62,395 bases of DNA from Clostridia bacterium (GTDB lineage Bacteria; Bacillota; Clostridia; Oscillospirales; Acutalibacteraceae): assembly GCA_017629275.1 (NCBI GenBank), contig JAGBXM010000060.1, forward strand, positions 1-62,395, read 5' to 3'. Positions 53,854-62,395 of the stretch are shown here, in pieces. The notes under the pieces are model-generated. The model saw only the letters and a list, made by a program, of their open reading frames with translations. It ran no database searches and was not told the DNA's origin. Each line of letters starts with the position of its first letter. The first letter of the stretch is position 1. The position numbers were made by a program, and so were the translations under genes.

Positions 53854-54687
53854 ATGAACGCAAAGACATTTGGAAATAACTATAAGCTCGTTTGGGAGGA
53901 CCATTTTGACGGCCCGAAGATTGATGAGGGCTTTTGGGATATTCTGCACTACAATGTTCCCGGTCACGAGGAGCGTCCTGCATGGAGAAAGAGAGAAAAT
54001 TGCCGTGTTGAGGACAGTATGCTCATTATTAAGGGCACCATTGAAGAAAACAAGGACTATGCCAGTGGTATGCTTCGCGGCAACGGACATCTTTCCTATA
54101 AATACGGCTATGCCGAGATCCGTGCCAAGATGCCTAAAGGCGGCCCCGGAATCTGGCCGGGATTTTGGATGTGCCGTCCAAACTTTGAGGGAAAATCTTC
54201 GGCCGCTCCCGAGATAGACGTTCTTGAGATGTTCGGTGACGACTCTTATCTTGCATTTAACCTTCACAGCTGGTGGCACAACGAGCATGGCAACGGACAC
54301 ATCAATTATCTCGACGGACAGGGCTATCCTAAGAAAGCTTATTTACCGAACGGTGCCAAGTTCTCCGAGGATTTCCACACCATCGGTTATGAGTGGACTC
54401 CCGAATTGGTTTCCTTCTTTATCGACGGTGAGCCTTGCTGTACCGTCCGTATCGACAACCTTGTTATGGAGGTTTTCCACGAGCCTATTTACTTCATTCT
54501 CTCGATGGCTTTCGGTCTTAAGCACGTTTCAAAGCCCGACGACAACCGTACCGAGCCGATCGAGTATATGATCGACTATATCCGCCTCTATCAGAACGAG
54601 GACGGCAAGTTGTACCACGTTGATGAAGAGACTAAGGAGCTTCTTGAAATCACCGATCCTTATAAGTATTCGGAATTCAAGAAATAA
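53854..54687 (+). CDS. GH16 family glycoside hydrolase, no signal peptide
   Basis: YKLVWEDHFDG, GIWPGFWM and an intact EIDVLE catalytic motif (54211-28). Confidence 0.8.
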   Translation: MNAKTFGNNYKLVWEDHFDGPKIDEGFWDILHYNVPGHEERPAWRKRENCRVEDSMLIIKGTIEENKDYASGMLRGNGHLSYKYGYAEIRAKMPKGGPGIWPGFWMCRPNFEGKSSAAPEIDVLEMFGDDSYLAFNLHSWWHNEHGNGHINYLDGQGYPKKAYLPNGAKFSEDFHTIGYEWTPELVSFFIDGEPCCTVRIDNLVMEVFHEPIYFILSMAFGLKHVSKPDDNRTEPIEYMIDYIRLYQNEDGKLYHVDEETKELLEITDPYKYSEFKK

Positions 54688-54721
54688 TTGAAATTATTTT
54701 TAATGAAAGGGGGAGCGGTTT

Positions 54722-55993
54722 ATGAATTCGCCTCTCGCAGACAGAATAAGGCCCGAAACGTTGGATGACGTTGTAGGACAAACGCACCTGTTGGGCGACG
54801 GTAAGCCGCTTCGCCGTATTATAGAGTCAGGTACTATCCCAAACCTCATTTTCTACGGGCCTTCGGGTGTCGGAAAAACCACGGTGGCGAGTATTATTGC
54901 CAAGCAGAGCAACAAAAGGCTTTATAAGCTCAATGCCACTACGGCGTCTACTGCCGATATCCGTGAAATGTTGGCCTCGTCCGAAATGCTGGGCGGTGAG
55001 AACGGAATACTGCTGTACCTTGACGAGATTCAATACTTTAATAAAAAGCAACAACAGACCTTGCTGGAAAGCATAGAAAACGGCAATATCACGTTGATCG
55101 CATCGACCACCGAAAATCCGTATTTTTATGTTTACAACGCCATTTTGAGCCGTTCGACCGTGTTTGAGTTCAAACAGTTAGGGTGGGAGGATATTCGCCC
55201 CGCTGTTTTGAGAGCCGCCGACATTATGGCCAAAGAACAAGGTGTTGAAATCGGTTTTGAAAGCGAAACGACAGTTGACATAATCTGTCGCGGTTGCGGC
55301 GGTGACGTCCGAAAAGCACTCAATTCGGTTGAACTTTGCGTATTGTCGAGTGAACGAAAGGACGGCAAATTGACCGTTCTGGAAGAGACCGCAAGGGAAC
55401 TCACACAAAAAAGTGCTATGAGGTATGACCGCGAGGGCGACGAGCATTACGATATTGTTTCGGCCTATCAGAAGTCGATGAGAGGCTCCGACCCCGACGC
55501 GGCAATTCATTACCTTGCCCGTCTTTTGGAGTCGGGGGATCTTCCTTCGGCCTGCCGCAGACTGTTGGTTTGTGCCAACGAGGATGTGGGACTTGCCAAT
55601 CCGCAGATAATCCCGATAGTCAAGGCGGCAGTTGATACCGCTCTTGCGGTCGGTCTGCCCGAGGCGAGATTGCCGTTGGCCAATGCAGTTATTCTGGTTG
55701 CCATAAGTCCTAAGTCGGTGTCGGCGCACGATGCCATAAATGCGGCTATGGAGGACATTCAAAAAGGCAATTCGGGACCTGTTCCGAGACAACTTCAGAA
55801 TAAGCATTTTGACGGCGAAGATGCCGAGGTCAAGGGTCAGCATTACCTTTATCCGCATTCCTTTCCCAATCATTACGTCGAGCAACAGTATCTGCCCGAC
55901 GTTATAAAGGACAGGGTTTATTACGAGTTCGGTGACAACAAGACCGAACAGGCTTATAAAGAGTATTGGAAGAAAATAAAAGGTGAAAAATAA
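54722..55993 (+). CDS. rarA: Replication-associated recombination protein A (AAA+ ATPase)
   Basis: N-terminus LADRIRPETLDDVVGQTHLLG, Walker A GPSGVGKTT and a MgsA C-terminal domain (YLARLLESGD). Confidence 0.93.
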   Translation: MNSPLADRIRPETLDDVVGQTHLLGDGKPLRRIIESGTIPNLIFYGPSGVGKTTVASIIAKQSNKRLYKLNATTASTADIREMLASSEMLGGENGILLYLDEIQYFNKKQQQTLLESIENGNITLIASTTENPYFYVYNAILSRSTVFEFKQLGWEDIRPAVLRAADIMAKEQGVEIGFESETTVDIICRGCGGDVRKALNSVELCVLSSERKDGKLTVLEETARELTQKSAMRYDREGDEHYDIVSAYQKSMRGSDPDAAIHYLARLLESGDLPSACRRLLVCANEDVGLANPQIIPIVKAAVDTALAVGLPEARLPLANAVILVAISPKSVSAHDAINAAMEDIQKGNSGPVPRQLQNKHFDGEDAEVKGQHYLYPHSFPNHYVEQQYLPDVIKDRVYYEFGDNKTEQAYKEYWKKIKGEK

Positions 55994-56005
55994 ATAATTT
56001 TCGGC

Positions 56006-56033
56006 GGCAGGGCGTTTGGCCCTGCCGTTTTTT
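56006..56033 (+). terminator. rarA intrinsic terminator (overlaps the 3' end of convergent spoIID)
   Basis: GGCAGGGC-gtttg-GCCCTGCC followed by gTTTTTT. Confidence 0.75.
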
Positions 56034-56994
56034 ACGATGGTTGCGCTAATCGGCAATTGGTAAAGTACCACCCCAAAATTTCGGTATAGGTGCTTCCTTG
56101 TTCTGCCATAAACTGTGCGCCGTACTGACTCATTCCGACCCCGTGACCGTAACCGCGGACGGCCAAATGAAAATTGCCGTCCTTAAGTTCAAGATCAAAG
56201 TTGGAACTGCGAAGTCCCAAAGCCGTTCTTATGTCAGACCCTTTGATTTCGTGGCCGCAGACGTTGGCCGTCAGTACCGTTCCCGAATCGGTCTTTTTGA
56301 ATTCAGAGAACCAACCGTCGGCCGAGCCTTCGGTGGTGACCGAGATTTCTTTTAATTTTGAACTCATTTCGTCGGGGGTCAGGGTGACTTCGGAAAGATA
56401 GTCGGGATTGAGCACATCACCGACGCTTTCAACCGGTTGCAGATAAGGATAACTGCCGCCCCATATTTTTTCGGCCGATTCGGTCCTGCCGCCCGAGATC
56501 GAGTGGCAGGCGGCAAGTATAGGCTGTCCGTCGTAGGTTATCATTTGTCCCAGAACGCTGTCAACGGCCGAGGAAACCTTTTTATAATAGGCTTGGTAGT
56601 TTTCACCGAAGCGGTCGCGGGCCTCTTGTTCCCACAAAAAGGCCTGGTCGCTCAAATAGGTGTCGGTTACGTCGTATTTTTCGTTTTTTCGGATGTTCGC
56701 TTTATATTTTGCATAAGTATAGGCCACGACCGATTGCGCCTTCAAAGCCTCAATCTCGTATTCGGCAGGCATTTCGGCCAATACGACACCGATGCAGTAG
56801 TCGCGTGCCGAAATTTCGGTCACCTTTTCAGTTTCGGTATTAAGTATTCTGAAACCGCCGACGTCGGCAGTGGGCGAACTTTGAGGCGCTTGAGGACCCG
56901 ATGCACTTGGCGTGGGGTCGTTCATTGATAAAAGCGGAAACAGAACCATACATATAAATATGATCAAGACCGATATTGGGTATAATCCTTTCAT
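56032..56994 (-). CDS. spoIID: Stage II sporulation protein D (SpoIID/LytB lytic transglycosylase domain)
   Basis: Signal/anchor MKGLYPISVLIIFICMVLFPLL. SpoIID-domain motifs (VVLAEMP..., EALKAQSVVAYTYA, GHGVGMSQYGA). ATG 56994 follows RBS AGGAA; the maximal ORF starts at TTG 57018. Confidence 0.88.
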   Translation of the reverse strand: MKGLYPISVLIIFICMVLFPLLSMNDPTPSASGPQAPQSSPTADVGGFRILNTETEKVTEISARDYCIGVVLAEMPAEYEIEALKAQSVVAYTYAKYKANIRKNEKYDVTDTYLSDQAFLWEQEARDRFGENYQAYYKKVSSAVDSVLGQMITYDGQPILAACHSISGGRTESAEKIWGGSYPYLQPVESVGDVLNPDYLSEVTLTPDEMSSKLKEISVTTEGSADGWFSEFKKTDSGTVLTANVCGHEIKGSDIRTALGLRSSNFDLELKDGNFHLAVRGYGHGVGMSQYGAQFMAEQGSTYTEILGWYFTNCRLAQPS

Positions 56995-57106
56995 ATTTCT
57001 TTCCTTTCTGGTTGACAAACGGGGAGTAATGGTCTAAAATCTAATAGTGGCTTGTACTATTTATATGAGTACAATTTCGATTTAATTACTGCTTGGAGGA
57101 CAACTC

Positions 57107-57952
57107 TTGAAACTGAAATATACCACTAAACTTTTTGTAGTCGTGAATGCGATAGTTCTGGTGTTTCGCACGTTGCAGATCGTGTTTTTGACCGAGGCCG
57201 ACAGGGCCTTTTTGAAAACTGATATGTTGGTTGTCAACATAATAGGCACCGTTATTTCGGTGTTGAGCCTTGCGGCATTGTTTTACAATGCTTCGTTGGC
57301 GGTACGTCAGCCCGAAAAGATAAACTGCAGTGGACTTTTTTCGGCGGTTGCGGCAGGTGTCGTCGGTTGCCTTTATATGTTGACGGGTCTGCTTGCGGCA
57401 GTTGAAAAAACCTTCGGTTGGCAGATAATTCTTCTGATTGCCGTTTTGGCAACCGTTTCGGCGGCCTTGATGGTGGCCTCGGCTTTGAGTGAGTTTAAAT
57501 TCCCGAAATGGGCGGCGATATTGCCCGTCTTGTTCTGGACAGGCTTGTTGGTCGTGGCATATATCAATTATACTGAACGCGCATTGCGTGTGAGAACCGT
57601 TTATGAGGTTTTTGCGGTCTGCTTTATGATCCTGTTCTCGTTGGCCTACGGCAAGGCAATCAGCGGTGTCAAGCCTTCAAAAAATTTCAGGTTTATTTAT
57701 CCGTTAGGTCTTGTGGCATCGTCACTTTGTATGGCATCGGTCATACCCGAGGCTATTGCGACCTTGGTGTCAAAGGGCGAGAACGTGGCCTCGTCGCCTA
57801 TCCCCGTTGCGGCGTTGGTGGCAGGTGCTGTTTTTACAGGGTTCTTCACCGTCAATACCTTTAAAAAGTCGAACACCGTCCATCCTAAAAAGAAAACGCT
57901 GGTGCCGATGCAAAGCGATACATCTGACATAACCGATAAAAACGAACAATAG
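57107..57952 (+). CDS. Hypothetical polytopic membrane protein
   Basis: 281-aa ORF with a TTG start after RBS GGAGGA and about 7 hydrophobic helices. I recognise no family. Confidence 0.55.
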   Translation: MKLKYTTKLFVVVNAIVLVFRTLQIVFLTEADRAFLKTDMLVVNIIGTVISVLSLAALFYNASLAVRQPEKINCSGLFSAVAAGVVGCLYMLTGLLAAVEKTFGWQIILLIAVLATVSAALMVASALSEFKFPKWAAILPVLFWTGLLVVAYINYTERALRVRTVYEVFAVCFMILFSLAYGKAISGVKPSKNFRFIYPLGLVASSLCMASVIPEAIATLVSKGENVASSPIPVAALVAGAVFTGFFTVNTFKKSNTVHPKKKTLVPMQSDTSDITDKNEQ

Positions 57953-57960
57953 AGGATTTC

Positions 57961-57996
57961 AAGTCTTGTGGCCTTTCGGCCGCAAGACTTTTGTTT
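57961..57996 (+). terminator. Intrinsic terminator after the membrane protein gene
   Basis: AAGTCTTGtGGCC-tttc-GGCCgCAAGACTT followed by TTGTTTT. Confidence 0.75.
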
Positions 57997-58008
57997 TACT
58001 TAGAACTG

Positions 58009-58038
58009 TTGACTTATAAATAGGTTTTGGTGTATAAT
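58009..58038 (+). promoter_or_regulatory. Candidate sigma-A promoter of mnmE-mnmG
   Basis: TTGACT, 18-nt spacer, TATAAT. Confidence 0.55.
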
Positions 58039-58067
58039 ATTTTGTTAGTAAGTTTTGGAGGTGCGGT

Positions 58068-59429
58068 ATGGGTAAGACGATAGCTGCAGTGGCCACCCCT
58101 CAAGGTGAGGGCGGAATAGGTATTGTCAGAATTTCGGGCGACGGTGCAGTCGATGTTGCGGATAAAGTGTTCCGTTCGCAGTCGGGCAAAGTTTTGCGCG
58201 ATGCGGCAGGATATACCGCGCTTTTCGGTGGCGTCTGGCGTGATGATGAAAAGATAGACGAGGCCGTGGCACTTGTGTTCCGCGCACCTAAAAGTTATAC
58301 GGGTGAGGACGTGGTGGAACTGTCGGTTCACGGCGGTTCGTTTGTTGTAAACTGTGTTTTACGTGCCGTTATCGACGCAGGGGCCTGTCTTGCCGGTCGC
58401 GGTGAGTTTACCGAAAGAGCCTTCAGAAACGGAAAACTCGACCTTACCGAGGCCGAGGCCGTTATGGAAATAATAGCCGCCGACGGTGAACAGGCTTTAA
58501 GAGCTTCGATGGCCGCCAAGGGCGGTGCCGTTTCCAAGAAATGCGCCGCCGTCAAAGAGTCGTTGACCTTTGCCGCTGCAACGGTTGCCGCGTTTTCGGA
58601 TTTCCCCGATGAAGAGCCCGAGTTCAGCGGTATTGACCGCCTTGAAGAAATGCTTGTAAATGCTGAGGACGAGCTCGACCGCCTTTGTGCCAATTATGAT
58701 ACGGGACGTATGATACGAAACGGCATTAACACCGTTATCGTCGGCCCTCCCAATGCGGGTAAGTCGACCCTGATGAATCTGCTTGTCGGTTGTGAGCGTT
58801 CCATTGTTACGCCCGTTGCGGGTACAACCCGTGACGTTATTGAGGAAACTGTGCGGTTTGACGGACTGACCTTGCGTTTGTCGGATACGGCAGGTCTCAG
58901 GGAAACCGAGGACACTGTTGAGCAGATAGGTGTCAAGCTGACCCGTGAACGAATTGAATCGGCCGACCTTATAATTGCCGTTGTTGACGGCGCCGATGTT
59001 GACCGTGATGAGACTGCCGAACTGCTTGACGGTATAAAGGGTCGTCCTGCCGTGGTTGTCCTTAATAAATCCGACCTTAACGTGGCCGATAAAACGGTGG
59101 CCGAAAGCAGGGGGTTGCCTTGCGTTTTGATGTCGGCTAAAGACGGAACGGGACTTTTGGAGTTTAAAAATCTTATTAAAACGGTTACCAATACGGCCAA
59201 TCTTACGGGTGCCGAGGGTGTTTATTTAAACGAGCGTCAACGCGATTGCGCCGTCCGTGCCTTGAAGAACGTCCGTGAAGCACTCGATGCTTTAAGGTGC
59301 GGTATGACGGTTGATGCCGTAGGTGTCTGTCTTGATGATGCCGTGTCGGCCTTGATGGAACTGACGGGCGAACGTGTTACCGTCGAGGTTGCCAACAAGG
59401 TTTTTGAACATTTTTGTGTCGGAAAATAA
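58068..59429 (+). CDS. mnmE: tRNA modification GTPase MnmE
   Basis: TIAAVATPQGEGGIGIVRISG N-terminus, G-domain GPPNAGKSTL and C-terminal FCVGK. Confidence 0.96.
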   Translation: MGKTIAAVATPQGEGGIGIVRISGDGAVDVADKVFRSQSGKVLRDAAGYTALFGGVWRDDEKIDEAVALVFRAPKSYTGEDVVELSVHGGSFVVNCVLRAVIDAGACLAGRGEFTERAFRNGKLDLTEAEAVMEIIAADGEQALRASMAAKGGAVSKKCAAVKESLTFAAATVAAFSDFPDEEPEFSGIDRLEEMLVNAEDELDRLCANYDTGRMIRNGINTVIVGPPNAGKSTLMNLLVGCERSIVTPVAGTTRDVIEETVRFDGLTLRLSDTAGLRETEDTVEQIGVKLTRERIESADLIIAVVDGADVDRDETAELLDGIKGRPAVVVLNKSDLNVADKTVAESRGLPCVLMSAKDGTGLLEFKNLIKTVTNTANLTGAEGVYLNERQRDCAVRALKNVREALDALRCGMTVDAVGVCLDDAVSALMELTGERVTVEVANKVFEHFCVGK

Positions 59430-59444
59430 GGGGATTATATTTGT

Positions 59445-61331
59445 ATGAGTTATTTTGCCGGAAATTATGATGTTCTGGTTATCGGTGCGGGTCACGCAGG
59501 TATCGAAGCGGCACTTGCCGCCGCAAGGCTTGGATGCAGTACCGCAATATTCACGATAAATATGGATTCGGTCGGCAATATGCCGTGTAACCCGTCGATA
59601 GGCGGTACGGCTAAAGGTCACCTTGTGCGTGAAATCGACGCTTTAGGCGGTGAGATGGGCAAGGCGGCCGATAAGACTACAATTCAGAACCGTATGCTCA
59701 ACAGGGGCAAGGGTCCTGCGGTGCACAGTCTCCGTGCGCAGATCGACCGCCGTGCCTATTCGCAATATATGAAGCACACCTTAGAGCTTTGTGAGAATCT
59801 GCATCTTCGTCAGGCCGAGATAACCGACCTTTTTAAAGGTGATGACGGTTGGCATTGCGTTACGCAACTCAATGCCGAATACGTTGCCAAAACTGTTATT
59901 ATTGCCACGGGTACATACCTTAAAGGCAAGATTTATGTCGGTGAGGTCAACTATGAAAGCGGTCCCGACGGAACGTTTCCGTCTAACTCTTTGGAGTCGG
60001 CTTTGTTGAAATTGGAGTTGCCGTTGCGACGTTTTAAAACGGGTACTCCCGCAAGAGTTTTGCGCTCGAGTATTGACTTTTCGCAGCTTGAGGTTCAACC
60101 GGGTGACGAAACGGTCACCCCGTTCAGCTTCAGTACCGATCCTGAGACCATAAACAACGAGTCGGTCTGTTATATTTCGTATACCAACGATGCGACCAAA
60201 GAGGTTATTTTGAGAAATCTTCACCGCTCGCCGCTTTATGGCGGAGTCATCGAGGGTGTAGGCCCTAGATATTGCCCGAGCTTAGAGGACAAAATCGTGC
60301 GGTTTGCCGATAAAAAACGGCATCAGTTGTTTATCGAGCCTTGTGGACTCGACACCGAGGAAATGTATCTGCAGGGTATGTCGTCGTCGCTTCCCGAAGA
60401 GGTTCAGATTGAGTTTTACCGTACCATACCGGGCCTTCAGAATGTTCAGGTTATGCGAAATGCGTATGCCATTGAATATTCCTGCATTGACCCGTTAGCA
60501 CTTAAGGTCACACTGGAGGTCAAGGGGCACGACGAACTTTACGGTGCAGGTCAGTTCAATGGCTCGTCGGGTTATGAAGAAGCCGCGGCGCAAGGTCTTA
60601 TCGCAGGTATCAATGCAGCCTTGAAGGTCAAGGGTGAGGAGCCTGTTGTCCTGTCGCGTTCCAGTTCTTATATCGGAACTCTGATCGACGATCTTTGCAC
60701 CAAAGGTTGCTCCGATCCGTACCGAATGATGACCTCGCGTTCGGAATACCGTTTGTTGCTCCGTCAGGACAATGCCGACGAGCGTTTGTGTGAATTGGGT
60801 CACAGAATAGGACTTTTGAGCGAGAATGACTACGAAGCCTTTCTTGAACGTCAGCGACTTAAAATCAAAGAGGTCGAGCGACTTGAAAATTCCTTTATGG
60901 CGCCCAGTGAAAAATTAAACGAACTGTTGGAAATCAGAGGCACCGTACCGATGAAAACGGGTGTCAGAATGAGTGACCTTATTCGCCGTCCGCAGTTGAG
61001 TTATTCGGATCTTGCTGAATTTGACAAAGAACGTCCCGAACTTCCTGCCGAGGTTGCCGAAAAGGTCGAGATCGAAATTAAATATTCGGGTTATATTGAA
61101 CGTCAGGCGGCGCAGGTGAAAGAACTTGTCAGACTTGAAAACCGAATGTTGCCCGACGGTATCAATTATGATGATATAAAGGGACTTCGACTTGAAGCGG
61201 TCGAAAAGCTGAAAAAAGTAATGCCGTCCAGCATTGGTCAGGCATCGAGAATATCGGGCGTCAGTCCTGCGGATATTACGGTTTTGCTTATTTTCCTTGA
61301 TAAGCAGGACAGAAAAGGAGAAAGTTTATGA
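59445..61331 (+). CDS. mnmG: tRNA uridine-5-carboxymethylaminomethyl synthesis enzyme MnmG (GidA)
   Basis: FAD motif YDVLVIGAGHAGIEAA and NPSIGGTAKGHLVREIDALGG. Confidence 0.97.
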   Translation: MSYFAGNYDVLVIGAGHAGIEAALAAARLGCSTAIFTINMDSVGNMPCNPSIGGTAKGHLVREIDALGGEMGKAADKTTIQNRMLNRGKGPAVHSLRAQIDRRAYSQYMKHTLELCENLHLRQAEITDLFKGDDGWHCVTQLNAEYVAKTVIIATGTYLKGKIYVGEVNYESGPDGTFPSNSLESALLKLELPLRRFKTGTPARVLRSSIDFSQLEVQPGDETVTPFSFSTDPETINNESVCYISYTNDATKEVILRNLHRSPLYGGVIEGVGPRYCPSLEDKIVRFADKKRHQLFIEPCGLDTEEMYLQGMSSSLPEEVQIEFYRTIPGLQNVQVMRNAYAIEYSCIDPLALKVTLEVKGHDELYGAGQFNGSSGYEEAAAQGLIAGINAALKVKGEEPVVLSRSSSYIGTLIDDLCTKGCSDPYRMMTSRSEYRLLLRQDNADERLCELGHRIGLLSENDYEAFLERQRLKIKEVERLENSFMAPSEKLNELLEIRGTVPMKTGVRMSDLIRRPQLSYSDLAEFDKERPELPAEVAEKVEIEIKYSGYIERQAAQVKELVRLENRMLPDGINYDDIKGLRLEAVEKLKKVMPSSIGQASRISGVSPADITVLLIFLDKQDRKGESL

Positions 61332-62092
61332 AAATAGCAGTATTTACGGGTGCTTCCAGCGGTATGGGCCGCGAGTTTGTAAAACAGATATGTGCCGAAG
61401 AAAGGTTTGACGAGGTGTGGGTCATTGCGCGCCGACTTGACCGTCTTGAAGAGTTAAAAAACGAAATAGATCAACCTCTGAGATGTATTTCTCTGGACCT
61501 TTTAAAGCGTGAGTCTTACGATGAATATAAGGCTTTGCTTGAACAGCATAAGCCGGAGGTTCAGGTGTTGGTCAACGCCAGCGGTTTCGGAAGATTTGCC
61601 GCATTTGCCGATATTCCGCTTGACGATCAGCTGGATATGATCGACCTTAACGACAAAGCTTTGGTGGCCATTACGCATATTACTTTGCCTTATCTTGTAA
61701 GAGGTTCGAGGGTGTATCAGGTCGACTCGCTGTCGTCCTTCCAACCCGTGCCGTACATTGGTGTTTACGGTGCTACCAAGGCATTTGTTTTGTCCTTCAC
61801 GAGAGCCATAAATGCCGAGCTTCGTCATACCGGCATTAAGATGATGGCGGTATGTCCCGGTTGGGTCAAGACCGAATTCTTTGATCACGCCGTCACCGAC
61901 GAAAGTGTTATTACGTATTACAATAAATTCTTTACTTCTGAAGAGGTCGTCAAACGTGCGCGCTACGATATGAAGCGTGGTAAGGACGTTTCGGTGTGCG
62001 GATTCTCGATCCGCGCACAGGTGCTTCTTACCAAACTTTTACCGCACCGCCTCGTTATGAAGATATGGCTCAAACAGCAGGGTAAAAAATAA
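61328..62092 (+). CDS. Short-chain dehydrogenase/reductase (SDR) family oxidoreductase
   Basis: TGASSGMGRE (TGxxxGxG) and YGATKAF (YxxxK). ATGA overlap with the mnmG stop. Confidence 0.85.
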   Translation: MKIAVFTGASSGMGREFVKQICAEERFDEVWVIARRLDRLEELKNEIDQPLRCISLDLLKRESYDEYKALLEQHKPEVQVLVNASGFGRFAAFADIPLDDQLDMIDLNDKALVAITHITLPYLVRGSRVYQVDSLSSFQPVPYIGVYGATKAFVLSFTRAINAELRHTGIKMMAVCPGWVKTEFFDHAVTDESVITYYNKFFTSEEVVKRARYDMKRGKDVSVCGFSIRAQVLLTKLLPHRLVMKIWLKQQGKK

Positions 62093-62115
62093 GGAAATAT
62101 TAAAAAAATAAAAAA

Positions 62116-62134
62116 GGGCGGTTAAAAACCGCCC
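62116..62134 (-). terminator. Terminator hairpin of the mazF-like gene, with the stop codon in the loop
   Basis: GGGCGG-ttaaaaa-CCGCCC. On the minus strand it is followed by TTTTTATTTTTT. Confidence 0.55.
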
Positions 62135-62395
62135 AGACCAAAGCTTACCGATAATGCTTTGTCGATCTTGTTCATTGACGTTAACGGTAAGCTGCCCATT
62201 TTTTCTTTTAAGCGTTGCTTGTCGATGGTACGCACCTGCTCAAGCAGGACGATGGAATCCTTTGAAAGTCCGCAACCGTCGGCATCGACCCTGATGTGGG
62301 TCGGCAGGTCGGTTTTGTCGCGTTGGCTGGTTATGGCGGCGGCGATGACCGTTGGACTGAACTTGTTGCCGACGTCGTTCTGAACGATAAGTACG
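62122..62395 (-). CDS. mazF: MazF/EndoA (PemK-family) type II toxin endoribonuclease, 5'-truncated by the window edge
   Basis: My minus-strand translation: VLIVQNDVGNKFSPTVIAAAITSQRDKTDLPTHIRVDADGCGLSKDSIVLLEQVRTIDKQRLKEKMGSLPLTSMNKIDKALSVSFGLGGF*. It is near-collinear with B. subtilis EndoA. It is missing from the ORF track because the start codon lies outside the window. Confidence 0.9.
   Translation of the reverse strand, partial: VLIVQNDVGNKFSPTVIAAAITSQRDKTDLPTHIRVDADGCGLSKDSIVLLEQVRTIDKQRLKEKMGSLPLTSMNKIDKALSVSFGLGGF

Noticed and set aside
57040-57075. Sigma-E type promoter for spoIID (CATATAAAT on the minus strand)
   Set aside because: It matches the CATACAnT -10 element only partially and has no convincing -35 element at the right spacing. 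This is too weak to report as a feature.
57019-58067. Replication origin near mnmE/mnmG
   Set aside because: There is no dnaA, dnaN, rnpA, yidC, jag or parAB context and no cluster of TTATCCACA boxes. The only exact DnaA-box-like 9-mer I saw (TGTGGATAA, 42622-30) lies inside ylmH coding sequence. rsmG is absent, and an SDR gene follows mnmG.
62159-62383. 74-aa plus-strand ORF at the right edge
   Set aside because: The opposite strand encodes an unmistakable MazF/EndoA sequence across the same bases. The plus-strand ORF has no RBS and starts after a terminator.
1-62395. Search for mobile elements, prophage, a defence island, rRNA/tRNA genes and riboswitches
   Set aside because: I recognised no transposase, integrase, recombinase, phage structural genes, cas genes or restriction-modification motifs in any ORF. 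No tRNA T-arm (GGTTCGAnTCC) or rRNA-like stretch occurs in intergenic DNA. No conserved riboswitch core was seen upstream of the transporter or biosynthetic genes. This was a by-eye survey only; tRNAscan-SE and Infernal would be decisive.

Overview
This 62.4-kb window looks like chromosome from a Firmicutes/Clostridia organism. A Ruminococcus/Oscillospiraceae-like anaerobe is my inference from a type-I dockerin protein, spoIID, an rnfCDGEAB operon and a Bacillus-like yggS-sepF-ylmH-divIVA-ileS-lspA-rluD cluster. I call about 52 protein genes, and almost all are housekeeping. They include a GldA/F/G-like ABC system with a DUF4340-like gene, yebC, ruvX, tadA, glgP, rpsO-pnp, miaB, mutS-mutL-miaA, a split transketolase, rarA and mnmE-mnmG. 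Two real genes are missing from the supplied ORF track: a 55-aa 2x[4Fe-4S] ferredoxin upstream of rnfC (20071-20238) and a 5'-truncated mazF/endoA-type toxin at the right edge (62122-62395, minus strand). I found no rRNA, tRNA, CRISPR array, transposase, integrase, prophage or recognisable defence island, so I cannot honestly point to a multi-gene novel system. The unusual content is mostly non-coding. (1) The 616-nt gene-free stretch after pnp holds a 'hairpin-of-hairpins' array built from the octamer GTGAAGTT/AACTTCAC, ending in a strong terminator. (2) The same stretch then holds a 167-nt element bounded by an 18-bp inverted repeat. (3) REP/BIME-like clusters of modular palindromic repeats occur in three places, some with a GTAG head and some with compensatory stem changes. 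(4) Identical 27-nt terminator hairpins bracket a GH16 lipoprotein gene. Coding oddities are an RnfE with a ~140-aa Cys-cluster/acidic C-terminal extension, an XRE-HTH fused to a glycosidase-like barrel next to two signal-less GH16 paralogues (one with a degenerate catalytic motif), and a dockerin-bearing beta-helix protein. All family calls come from reading motifs by eye; no database search or folding program was run.
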